NCBI GenBank assembly: GCA_016934675.1
Contig: JAFGSJ010000104.1
Coordinates: 10,861 to 74,860 of the forward strand
Direction of reading: 5' to 3'
Length of the DNA: 64,000 nucleotides
Source: a bacterium
GTDB lineage: Bacteria; CSSED10-310; JAFGSJ01
The first letter of the stretch is position 1, and every line of letters starts with the position of its first letter. Under the pieces are notes generated by a model, which saw only the letters and a program-made list of their open reading frames with translations, did no database searches and had not been told where the DNA came from. A program made the translations under genes and the position numbers. Positions 45,620-54,881 of this stretch are shown piece by piece.

Positions 45620-48600
45620 CTATTTGATCTCTGTCTGTGAGAACCGGGTCCGGTTGGTCCGCCTCATCACCACCAAAATCACGGCTGACAGGAGCCCGAG
45701 CAGGAGAGCGATACTCGTACCCGAGAGTGTTGGGACTGCGACCAAACCGAAGAATTCCAGATACTTGTTTATCAGATAGTTGGTGTCCCCCTCAAGACCA
45801 CCCAGTTCAAAAGATGCACCGATGGTCTTGTACGTTCCGCTGTCGTAACACACGGCTGCACCATAGACCGGATTGGTGTTCCGAAAAATCAGAACCGCGC
45901 CATCTCCCTGATTGAGACGGTCGATATAGTTATTTCCTCCGTTGTAATCATAGAGAAGTCCCTGGGTCAAAGTACCGTCAATGCCTTCGATCATAGCAAT
46001 ATCCCCGCTCCCATCTGCCGTGGCATTGATATGAAAATAGGGATGGAGTGTGGTGGGATTATAGAGTTGATCGTAATACCAGGTATCTCCACCTTCCATG
46101 TAGATGTTGCCTCCATTGCCGAGATAATTGGCCAAGACGGAACCCTCAGCTTCCGTAAGGACATGGTTACTTGAATAAATCCCGAGTAAAACAAAGATGA
46201 CATCGTATTGACTGATATCCGCAGGCAGGGCCTGGACCCGATTGAGCGATTTATTCAGAGACTGCAGCGCACTCTCGATGGCATCACCACTGATCGGGCT
46301 CGGATCAGGCTCAAAGATCAAGGCAAAAACATTGCCGATCCTGATCTGAAAATCGAGTACAGGAGGTGTAAAACCGTTTGGGCCCGTCAGGGTCAGAACA
46401 AAATCCGCCATTTCCCCCGAATTAATCGAGCTAGCTGCGCTCATGGTGTACTCGATTCCGACTTGAGTCTGACTGACAACGGTCCCGATGTTCTGGGTCG
46501 GCTGCTGGATAGTTACGCCCGGAAGGGTCGATGACAAATGCGCGGTCAGGTTCAGGGCATCACTGGAACCCTTGTTCTCAATGAAAACAGTAACCAGGGC
46601 AGTTTCACCCGGATCGAGTTGCTGGTTATCATTGCCCGTGGCGCTGTCATCCACAATAGTGCTCACATATTTCAGGTCCGGTGCATGGGCCCGGATCGAG
46701 AAATGGCTGTCCCACTGGACTTTATCCGGGGAAACGGAACTGACATCAAAGGTGATCAGAGAAAGATCGACCAGATTGACCGGAAAGGTCAGGGCATACG
46801 CATTGGCAATGGTCTTGGGTGTCCCAGACAGGACCTGACCGAAAAACTCGGTGTTGTCACTGACAATCACGCCACTACCATCGGGAGGCGCTATGGTTAC
46901 CGTCACATCATCCGCTGTTTCATTACCGACATTGGTCACAGAAAAATCGAGTGTAAAGGCTTCACCATAATCTGCTTGACCGTTGTTGTTGCCGGAACTG
47001 TCATTGATCACCGAAGCATTGTAAATCACATAAGGTCCATCGGGCGGAATAACCGGGATCGAGGCGGTATACCGGAAATAGTTGTGCCCGGTGATAGTAA
47101 TCAGCACTTCTGCCGGCGGATATTGTGGGGTAATCGAAACAGCCTGGACCCCACCTGTTCCCTCGGCTCGCCCAATTAAAGCACCATCAACCGTGAGACC
47201 GATCAATGTTCCCTCGGGTGCACTAATGTTCATAAAATCCAGACCGGCCAAAAGAACGCTGTCATGGATTGGTGCCATGTTCTGAGGTACTTCAGAATAC
47301 AGTGTGGTAAAAGCATCGCCGTGCATGTGAAACAGATAATAGACCGTATCCTTGGATTCAGGATTGGACGGCCAACTCGATGCTTGCAGGTAATATTTTC
47401 CTGCCACGCTGGCAAAACCCGGCCGCAACTCCTGTTCACCAAGCGGAGTAAAATTGTTACCGGGATCGAAATCGGGCCACATACTGTCCATCATGCCGAA
47501 AACATACGTATCGTTGACAAACGAGTATGATTCCTCGGTGGCCCCAATCAAACCCAGAGCGCCACCGATCATCCGATGAAAGGCCTCGACAAAACATTCG
47601 CTGGAGATGTTGAATTTGCCGGTCAGACAATTGATCGAGAACACGAAGGGCAATTTGTTCGTGTTTGAAAGACCGGGCAAATCGGAGATGGTGTAGGAGG
47701 GGTCACTCCAACCATCCACGCCGCCGTGATCGCGATGAAGAATGACAAAAGTCCCGTTGTTGATGTCTGTATTGATCCGAGTAGCATTGCCACCCCAGTC
47801 AGTCAGATGGGCGGGAGTGGCGGGAATATAGCCCAGACCGCTCGGTCCGAAATAACTGACCAACATGCTTGTATTGGAGTTTGTGGACCAATACGATGGT
47901 GCACCAGAGGCCCCGGCATACTCTCGGGTCGGCGTCTTACCCAGACCATTAGCCCAGAATCCATAGACAATTTCCGAGCAGAGAATGAACCAGCGATCGC
48001 TTTGCCAACCGCCAGCTGCAACCGGTTTAGCATAAAAATCGGCCTCGGTGACCGGATTGCTTTCGTAATCGATAATCTTGTTGACCATGATCTCGAGATC
48101 GTCCTGGTCCTGGGCAGTCAGACGGGCAAAATTAATATCGGGTAACTGGTCTTCATCCACATCGGCATAGACATTATCCGAGATATAGTAACTGTATGCC
48201 GGCGAAGTGATACCGTAGGTCTTGCCCGAGGACGGATAATCGGACATGAGGAGCACGGCAACAGGCGGGTTCGACCAGGTCGTATAACAATTGTCGATAA
48301 ACGCTTCGATCTCCGCGCTGGTTGAACCGGTAACACTGAGATCGAACACACCGGTAGTAATGCCCTGCTTCACCCGCCATTCCTTGATCACATTGGCCCA
48401 GGTCAAAAAGACCGGATCATCGGGAATAATGATCAGATACTCATATTCATCATCTTTGCTTCGACTGCGGGCATCAAAGTCGATTTCAGGCAATGATGAA
48501 TAATTTACCAATAATTGTTGCAACATTGGTTCAAAGAAACGGCTGCGGAGTCGATCCTCTCCGAAGTAGCCCGTGCCACCTTCGAAATGCAACCGGACTT

Positions 48601-49228
48601 GTAAGGTCCGATGCACCTGTAAATCTTGTGTAACCGGGTTCCATTGAAATGGCCTTAACGACAGAATGATCGCATCGACGCCCCTGATTTTCATGGGCTC
48701 TGAGAAGAGGGCCACGTGTTCGGGAAAAAGCTTGGACGCAGTGTATATATCAGAACGTTTCGTATACTTGAGGGGAGGTGGGTCCGTTTCTTTGGGAATC
48801 TTGGGAGCCGGTGCCACCAACACTCCCTTGAATTGATGCGTGTCCTTGTTGATAATTTCGACCGTAACCTGTGCTCCCCGCGGAATTGCAATGTAATGCC
48901 CGATACTGGGCAGATTCGGCACGCCTTCATCGGCTGGTAACATCACGCCCGGTATACTGATCTGATGCATTGGTTCACCATTGATCTCGAGGTCATCCAT
49001 CTGAAAATTGTTGATGGTATAACGTAACTCGACATTCTGAGCGTCTGCCCGGACTATTTCCAGACCCTGGGCTCTATTTTTGTCACCAAGGTCAATGGTC
49101 CGGGTCCAGGCGGTCGAGCTGACCAGACAGACGAACATCATTGCGAGAACAACGTGATAACCACAAAAGAACCGGCTTTTCCCGAACAGATGGAAAAAAT
49201 TGTGTCGTTTTACCTGTGCTGTTTTCAT
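45620..49228 (-). CDS. peptidase C25 (gingipain-like) family protein with CARDB-like Ig domains and IPTL-CTERM-like tail
   Basis: The catalytic-region motifs are HRDHGGVDGW (His) and FVFSINCLTGKF (Cys). CARDB-like segments are FSVTNVGNETADDVTV and VFIENKGSSDALNL. The C-terminus is VPTLSGTSIALLLGLLSAVILVVMRRTNRTR. ATG 49228 has GAAGGGGG upstream. Confidence 0.75.
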   Translation of the reverse strand: MKTAQVKRHNFFHLFGKSRFFCGYHVVLAMMFVCLVSSTAWTRTIDLGDKNRAQGLEIVRADAQNVELRYTINNFQMDDLEINGEPMHQISIPGVMLPADEGVPNLPSIGHYIAIPRGAQVTVEIINKDTHQFKGVLVAPAPKIPKETDPPPLKYTKRSDIYTASKLFPEHVALFSEPMKIRGVDAIILSLRPFQWNPVTQDLQVHRTLQVRLHFEGGTGYFGEDRLRSRFFEPMLQQLLVNYSSLPEIDFDARSRSKDDEYEYLIIIPDDPVFLTWANVIKEWRVKQGITTGVFDLSVTGSTSAEIEAFIDNCYTTWSNPPVAVLLMSDYPSSGKTYGITSPAYSYYISDNVYADVDEDQLPDINFARLTAQDQDDLEIMVNKIIDYESNPVTEADFYAKPVAAGGWQSDRWFILCSEIVYGFWANGLGKTPTREYAGASGAPSYWSTNSNTSMLVSYFGPSGLGYIPATPAHLTDWGGNATRINTDINNGTFVILHRDHGGVDGWSDPSYTISDLPGLSNTNKLPFVFSINCLTGKFNISSECFVEAFHRMIGGALGLIGATEESYSFVNDTYVFGMMDSMWPDFDPGNNFTPLGEQELRPGFASVAGKYYLQASSWPSNPESKDTVYYLFHMHGDAFTTLYSEVPQNMAPIHDSVLLAGLDFMNISAPEGTLIGLTVDGALIGRAEGTGGVQAVSITPQYPPAEVLITITGHNYFRYTASIPVIPPDGPYVIYNASVINDSSGNNNGQADYGEAFTLDFSVTNVGNETADDVTVTIAPPDGSGVIVSDNTEFFGQVLSGTPKTIANAYALTFPVNLVDLSLITFDVSSVSPDKVQWDSHFSIRAHAPDLKYVSTIVDDSATGNDNQQLDPGETALVTVFIENKGSSDALNLTAHLSSTLPGVTIQQPTQNIGTVVSQTQVGIEYTMSAASSINSGEMADFVLTLTGPNGFTPPVLDFQIRIGNVFALIFEPDPSPISGDAIESALQSLNKSLNRVQALPADISQYDVIFVLLGIYSSNHVLTEAEGSVLANYLGNGGNIYMEGGDTWYYDQLYNPTTLHPYFHINATADGSGDIAMIEGIDGTLTQGLLYDYNGGNNYIDRLNQGDGAVLIFRNTNPVYGAAVCYDSGTYKTIGASFELGGLEGDTNYLINKYLEFFGLVAVPTLSGTSIALLLGLLSAVILVVMRRTNRTRFSQTEIK

Positions 49229-49362
49229 GCAGCCCCCTTCGTTATCAAGATTGTTTGACAACCTTCTTCTCCCGAAAAGTGGAGCACAGATCATCCGCCG
49301 GATGATCATGTACCCAAATATAATATGAATATGTCATCTGATTTTTTTGAGCAAACAGAGTA

Positions 49363-50082
49363 CTATTCATCCTGACTCAATCCTTGTTTTTGTGTATTTC
49401 TGGTGAGCTTGTCATTCGATAGTGCAATGAGTATTATCAGCAACACAGTGCTGAAAAGTGCCATGCACAGGAGGCACGGGAAGAGTAACACATGATTCAT
49501 GATGCCGGGCCGTTGAGCGCATATCCTTTCAAGCAATTCCCAGAGAGAAAGAGACGTATAGAGCCGGAAAACAAGGTCGCCCTCGGCCGGCTGTCCCGAG
49601 CAATAGCGCTGTCCTCCGTCGTATTTGTCATGTTTGTGATACCAGACGCTTATAGCTTGTGCCGGTTGTGCTTGTGGACAATTAAGCTCAACATAATACT
49701 GACCGTCAGGTGTTTGCAGACAATGGTGCATTCTGAACAGGGCGAAATGATTATCAATCAGTTTATGAGCGGGGAAATGGATGTTCGCTAAAACAGGACC
49801 TGAGGGGCCTTGTGCTTTGACGAGAAAAGAATAGAGATTGAAATTTGTCCGGCGATAGGTGGCACATCTGATCGAGATGGCTTTGAGACACGTTGGGCCA
49901 AGGCCAATACTCTGACCTGTACTATAATCGCCACGGATTTCCTGTTCCAGGGCACTTATTCTGCCCTGTTCTTCGATCAATGCAATCCCCTCATTGGACA
50001 GATACAAGCCAATAAGCAGAAAGACGACACCGGTTAGAACAAGGGTCAAAAACATGATATTGGGCCAGCTCGTCAAGTGCAT
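49363..50082 (-). CDS. hypothetical membrane protein (two TM helices flanking a Cys-rich extracytoplasmic domain)
   Basis: About 239 aa. The N-terminal TM helix is IMFLTLVLTGVVFLLIGLYL and the C-terminal TM helix is LLFPCLLCMALFSTVLLIILIAL. No family was recognised. Confidence 0.45.
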   Translation of the reverse strand: MHLTSWPNIMFLTLVLTGVVFLLIGLYLSNEGIALIEEQGRISALEQEIRGDYSTGQSIGLGPTCLKAISIRCATYRRTNFNLYSFLVKAQGPSGPVLANIHFPAHKLIDNHFALFRMHHCLQTPDGQYYVELNCPQAQPAQAISVWYHKHDKYDGGQRYCSGQPAEGDLVFRLYTSLSLWELLERICAQRPGIMNHVLLFPCLLCMALFSTVLLIILIALSNDKLTRNTQKQGLSQDE

Positions 50083-50097
50083 CACTCGTCTCTTATT

Positions 50098-51492
50098 TTA
50101 ATAGTAATACATATAATAATGTGGCAGAATATAGTGTAACTGTATATGCAGGCTTACCAGGAACAGGACCAGGACCAGAATGGCACAACCCAGATGACGA
50201 TAGGTCCGCGGGACCAGGTTTTGAAAACCCAGAGTCATCAAAATGGTGATTGGGGCGAGCATGACAAAAAGGAAACGCCCCTGGGCAATGTTCCAGACGG
50301 GGACCTGCCAGAAGAAACGGGTGTAAATCAAGCTAAACTGGAGAATGATCGCGGCTACAAACAAGAGTACTACTTTCAAACGTTGCAGATTTAACTGGGC
50401 CGCGTCCTTGTTAATACTGACCCCTGCCCACATCAGAGCAAGAAGTACCACGACCATGGTCCCATAAATGCTATAGTATTCAATACTGTTCAAAAAGTGG
50501 TGGCCCCACACAAAGGCCGCCCAGAAACTTTGGCTGAAATAATGAAAAAACAGTTTGTGATGCGTCATATTGAGGAAATAGGTGAAAAAATTGTCCTGGC
50601 GGGAAGGTATTGTTTGGGCTGACGAGTCGAACGGCCCGGTATACGCCGACATGAGGACGATAGCCACACAAACCAGGCAGGGAACGGCCAGGGCCACGAA
50701 CCGTGTGAGCCGGTATATGCCGACGGTCCTGATGAATGACAGTCCTGCAAAGACGACCATCAGAAAAACAAGCGGCAAGGTGGTCCGTTTCGTCAATAAG
50801 GCCACGATAATCAGGAGTCCTGACCAGAACAGATCGAATAATCTGCCACCGCGCATGAGTGCCCGGGTCAAAAAGAGAATCAAGGCAGTACTCAGACAAA
50901 CGGCCAGGGCGTCATTATTCACGAGAATAGCATTCATGGCGGGCATGGGGAGAAGCCCGATCATGATTGGCGGTAGCAATGACAAGGGGTTTTGCTGCCC
51001 GAGCACGAGCCGGGCCATCTTCAGGGTCAGATAGACCGTGACAAGCCAGAAACAAAGCGAGACCAGCCGACAGGCATACAGGCCGACGATAACTGATTGG
51101 ATCGAGCAAAGCGAGATCACCGCCGCGCACAAACAATAATAGAGTGGGGCCTGATTCAGGGCGGTTGCCCCATGATAGATCGATGAAAAACTGCTGAGAT
51201 CGTCAGGTTGTTTGAGTTCATTGATCTGCCAGAATCTGAAGGTCTTCATCGATTGCAGGATGCTGCTTTCAACGGAAGACAAGACGGTCCGGGGCACTTC
51301 ACGCCACCAGTGATCATGCTTGAGAATATGGACTGCGGGCAGATAACCCAGACTGATCAAAGAAATGTATTCGTAGTGCATTGGCTCATCTTGTCCTTCC
51401 CAGGGCGGAATGAGGACCAGCATCAACAGAAAATGACAGAGTGTCAAGCTCATAACGAACATTGTTCTTCGTTTGAGGTCTGCCAGCATCAT
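50098..51492 (-). CDS. polytopic membrane protein, GT-C/DUF2142-like
   Basis: 464 aa with more than 10 TM helices. The first-loop motif PPWEGQDEPMHYEY resembles the PDE..H motif of DUF2142/ArnT-like proteins. It lies next to LPS-core-type genes. Confidence 0.4.
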   Translation of the reverse strand: MMLADLKRRTMFVMSLTLCHFLLMLVLIPPWEGQDEPMHYEYISLISLGYLPAVHILKHDHWWREVPRTVLSSVESSILQSMKTFRFWQINELKQPDDLSSFSSIYHGATALNQAPLYYCLCAAVISLCSIQSVIVGLYACRLVSLCFWLVTVYLTLKMARLVLGQQNPLSLLPPIMIGLLPMPAMNAILVNNDALAVCLSTALILFLTRALMRGGRLFDLFWSGLLIIVALLTKRTTLPLVFLMVVFAGLSFIRTVGIYRLTRFVALAVPCLVCVAIVLMSAYTGPFDSSAQTIPSRQDNFFTYFLNMTHHKLFFHYFSQSFWAAFVWGHHFLNSIEYYSIYGTMVVVLLALMWAGVSINKDAAQLNLQRLKVVLLFVAAIILQFSLIYTRFFWQVPVWNIAQGRFLFVMLAPITILMTLGFQNLVPRTYRHLGCAILVLVLFLVSLHIQLHYILPHYYMYYY

Positions 51493-51586
51493 GATTGGTC
51501 CCTATCCATTCTCGGACCGGTCCGACCACGTATCAGAACGTCAATCGGGTCCGGCCGATTGTAACTTCGTCACTGGTTGTGATAAA

Positions 51587-52483
51587 ATGACAGTTTATCA
51601 GAGTACAATCACGAAAGCAAAGTCCTTTTTCCAACGTATGATTGGGCTGAATATGCATTTGAGCCGAGACATCACCGAGAACAGGATTATTTACTATCGG
51701 CCCGGAGATTTGAATGCTCCGATCAAGGCCTGTTTGGATCGTCTGTGTCTGCAATCAGAAGCGGAGTGGCCCGCCCCGTTTCATACCGGCACAAAGGAAA
51801 CCTGTTTTCATATTGCCTTGAATGACGATCCGGCACACGCCCTTTTCTGCAAAAGATATCGTAGAAACGGTCTGAAGCAACGCCTGGTCTTCCCGTTCAA
51901 TTCACCGGCCCGACGGGCGTTTGTCATGGCCCATCTTCTTCGGGATAAAGGCGTACCAACTCCCGCACCCATCTGTTATATCCGGTTCCGGAAGGGATTT
52001 CATCGGGGCAATGAGTTGCTCTGCACTCTCTGGATCAGCGGTTCTTTGCCGTTTGGGCCGTTTATTGATGATCTCTGTGCCCGACCCCGGACGTGGGCCC
52101 TGTTCGAACATAAGCGGACGCTGGCCCGAAAACTGGCCGTTTTCGTGGCGGCAATTCACCGGGGAGGTATTTATCACGGCGATTTCAATATCAATAATAT
52201 TCTGATAGGCCCGACACCCGAGCATCAGTTGTATCTGATTGATACGGCTGACATCAGGACCGTCAGGGGTATCTCACAGCGCAGGATCCTGAAAAACCTC
52301 GATGAAGTCAATCGTTTTTTTCTTGATCGGCACTGTGTCTCCCATACAAATCGACTGCGTTTCCTAATCACGTATCTCGAACAGGCAGGCTTGGATCGCT
52401 CAATGTTGAAAACGAGATGGCGACAAATCCAGGAACGAACTATGAAACGACTCGAAATTCATGGTAAACGTTTCAATCCTTGA
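51587..52483 (+). CDS. lipopolysaccharide kinase (Kdo/WaaP) family protein
   Basis: The catalytic-loop-like segment is IYHGDFNINNILI and the metal-binding-like segment is YLIDTADI. The start is uncertain; the longest ORF begins with TTG at 51473 and overlaps the divergent gene. Confidence 0.6.
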   Translation: MTVYQSTITKAKSFFQRMIGLNMHLSRDITENRIIYYRPGDLNAPIKACLDRLCLQSEAEWPAPFHTGTKETCFHIALNDDPAHALFCKRYRRNGLKQRLVFPFNSPARRAFVMAHLLRDKGVPTPAPICYIRFRKGFHRGNELLCTLWISGSLPFGPFIDDLCARPRTWALFEHKRTLARKLAVFVAAIHRGGIYHGDFNINNILIGPTPEHQLYLIDTADIRTVRGISQRRILKNLDEVNRFFLDRHCVSHTNRLRFLITYLEQAGLDRSMLKTRWRQIQERTMKRLEIHGKRFNP

Positions 52484-52503
52484 GAATATATGGAGGTCGG
52501 TCC

Positions 52504-53658
52504 ATGGTAGATGACCATTCAGCAAGGGAGCATCAGACGGACTATCCGGACCGTTTTGCCTACCGGACTATTCGAAAAAAAGATGATTATACTATTCAAT
52601 CTGCTGATAGGGGCCGATTCCTGATTATCCAATTCCGCCAGATCGGTGATGTGCTTTTGACCCTGCCGGTAGCTCAAGCCATCAAACGTGAGAGACCGGA
52701 CAGCACAGTCGGTTTCCTGGTTGAAAAGGCCGCCGCGCCACTGGTCAAGCACAGCCCGGCTGTCGACATGATCTATATTCGGGAACCGGAGCGGGGCCTG
52801 TCCGGTGATCTCGAATTGCTCAGGCTGATCAGGCGGGAACGTTTCCAGGTCCTGATTGATTGCATTAAAACCCCTTCGAGTGGTTGGTTCAGTCTGGCCA
52901 GTTCCATCCCGGTCAGGATAGCTTTCGATCATAGACTCCGGCGATATTTCTACACCAGGACCATCGAGCCGAAACTGATGTGTGGCTATGCCATCGATGA
53001 AAAGCTCGTGCTCCTCAAAGCACTGGGTTTCTCTCCGTATGGCTCGAATTATCGCCGGATCGACATTTCACCGGACCCTCTTTCGCGCCAACATATCGAT
53101 AGTTTCTTGAAGCAGCATGGGCTTCAGGACGGTCGGCCCCTTCTGGCGGTGGACCCCACCAGTAAAAGGGTCACTCGACGCTGGCCCGCAGAATACTTTG
53201 TCCGGATGATCGACCTGTTCCACGAACGACGCGGGACTCACGCCATCCTGATCTGGGGTCCCGGAGAAGAAGAATTCGTCCGAGGACTCTCGACCCAGTG
53301 TAGTACGCCGGTTACCGTTTTCTGCCGGAGTACATTGCTCGAACTCATGGCCCTGTTGGACCATTGTTCGCTATTTTTGGGCAATGACAGTGCGCCTCGT
53401 CATATTGCCGTCAGCCAAGGTCTCCCGACCCTAACCATCCATGGTGCTACCGGCATCGGGGCCTGGACGCCGCCCGAACCGGAACACCTGGCTTTTTCGG
53501 CCCAACTCGAATGTCAGCCGTGTAACAAACGGGAATGTACCACGCTCGAATGCCTGCGCATGCTGAAACCAGAAGCGATCATCGACCAGGCCGTTCTTCA
53601 TTTTGACCGTTTTGTTCGATCGATTCCCGTCGAAACAGAAAGGAACGACCTGTCATGA
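52504..53658 (+). CDS. glycosyltransferase family 9 (heptosyltransferase-like)
   Basis: Motifs are FLIIQFRQIGDVLLTLPV and FLGNDSAPRHIAVSQGLPT. ATG 52504 has GGAGG 7 nt upstream. The longest ORF starts with TTG at 52480. Confidence 0.8.
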   Translation: MVDDHSAREHQTDYPDRFAYRTIRKKDDYTIQSADRGRFLIIQFRQIGDVLLTLPVAQAIKRERPDSTVGFLVEKAAAPLVKHSPAVDMIYIREPERGLSGDLELLRLIRRERFQVLIDCIKTPSSGWFSLASSIPVRIAFDHRLRRYFYTRTIEPKLMCGYAIDEKLVLLKALGFSPYGSNYRRIDISPDPLSRQHIDSFLKQHGLQDGRPLLAVDPTSKRVTRRWPAEYFVRMIDLFHERRGTHAILIWGPGEEEFVRGLSTQCSTPVTVFCRSTLLELMALLDHCSLFLGNDSAPRHIAVSQGLPTLTIHGATGIGAWTPPEPEHLAFSAQLECQPCNKRECTTLECLRMLKPEAIIDQAVLHFDRFVRSIPVETERNDLS

Positions 53659-54881
53659 ACATCGCCGTGGTCCATCAGCGCTGGTCTCGACGGGGTGGGG
53701 CGGAGAAGTATCTGGAGCACCTGGTCAAGGCCTTGATCGAGCGGGGACATACGGTCGAGCTGTTTGTGCATTTCATTGACATACCCGTTCCCGCAGGGGT
53801 CATGGTCCACCGGGTCCCACTTGTCCGCTTCCCACTCTGGCTAAGGCTTTTATCTTTCAACCTGTTCAGTAACTATTTGCTCAAGCGGGCCAGTTTTGAT
53901 ATTTCAATCAGCCTGGGTAAAGTCTGGGGACCCGATGTCATCAGGCCGGCAGGTGGCTGCCATCGGGCCTATGAGCACCGGACCATGACCGCTCTGGCCG
54001 AAACACACCCACTCAGCCATCCGTTCAGATCGATCAGGTCGCTCGTGTCCCCATTCCAGATCGTCAATCGCCTGATCGAGGACCGCCTCTTTGCTGAAAA
54101 CAATACGATCATCGCGGTCTCGGATCTGGTTAAAAGTGATATCCTGCATCATTATCGTCGTTCGGAGGGATCGGTCCGGGTCATTCCCAATGGCCGGGAC
54201 CCGCACATGCTGGACGAGCAAGGGAAACGTGCCGCCCGGGCAAGGCTTGTCAGCCAAACAGGCCTTCCTGATCAGGCCTTTATCATGCTCATGGTGGCCA
54301 CAAATCCCCTGTTAAAAGGACTCGAATATCTGGTCCGGGCCCTCAGCATCCTGCCCGATTCCCTGCTCCAGAAACACGATCCGCAGGTCATCATCATCGG
54401 ATCGGCTCCTAACCGGGTGATCAGAAAGCGGGTCCGACGTTATCAAGCGAGTGAGCGGACCCATTTCATACCATTTTCGGATGAGATCAGCCTTTATTAT
54501 CAAGGGGCTGACCTGCTGGTCCACCCCAGCAGCTATGATGCGTTCGCCAATGTCTGTCTCGAGGCCATGTCCTGGGGCTTACCGGTCCTGACCTCGGCCC
54601 AGAACGGTGGGGCTGAAATCTATACACAAGGCCGAGATGGTTGGGTGATCGAGCGGCCCTGGGAGCGAGAACTGTTTGCCCAAATACTGGCCGAGATCAT
54701 GCAACACCCTGATTTGTCAGACATCGGCCGAAAAGGCCATGACCTGCTGCAGACGTATTCAGCCCAGCGTAATCTGGACTGCGTCGAGCAGCTTCTGTTG
54801 GAGCTTGTTTCACAGAAACGTAACCACGTAGCTCAAAAGGACACATCTCGCTCTGACCGGACAAGGGGGGCCAGATCATGA
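53655..54881 (+). CDS. glycosyltransferase family 4 (GT-B, group 1)
   Basis: It starts MNIAVVHQRWSRRGGAEKY. The C-terminal region has the E-x7-E-type motif (DAFANVCLEAMSWGLPVLTS). Its ATG overlaps the upstream stop. Confidence 0.85.
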   Translation: MNIAVVHQRWSRRGGAEKYLEHLVKALIERGHTVELFVHFIDIPVPAGVMVHRVPLVRFPLWLRLLSFNLFSNYLLKRASFDISISLGKVWGPDVIRPAGGCHRAYEHRTMTALAETHPLSHPFRSIRSLVSPFQIVNRLIEDRLFAENNTIIAVSDLVKSDILHHYRRSEGSVRVIPNGRDPHMLDEQGKRAARARLVSQTGLPDQAFIMLMVATNPLLKGLEYLVRALSILPDSLLQKHDPQVIIIGSAPNRVIRKRVRRYQASERTHFIPFSDEISLYYQGADLLVHPSSYDAFANVCLEAMSWGLPVLTSAQNGGAEIYTQGRDGWVIERPWERELFAQILAEIMQHPDLSDIGRKGHDLLQTYSAQRNLDCVEQLLLELVSQKRNHVAQKDTSRSDRTRGARS

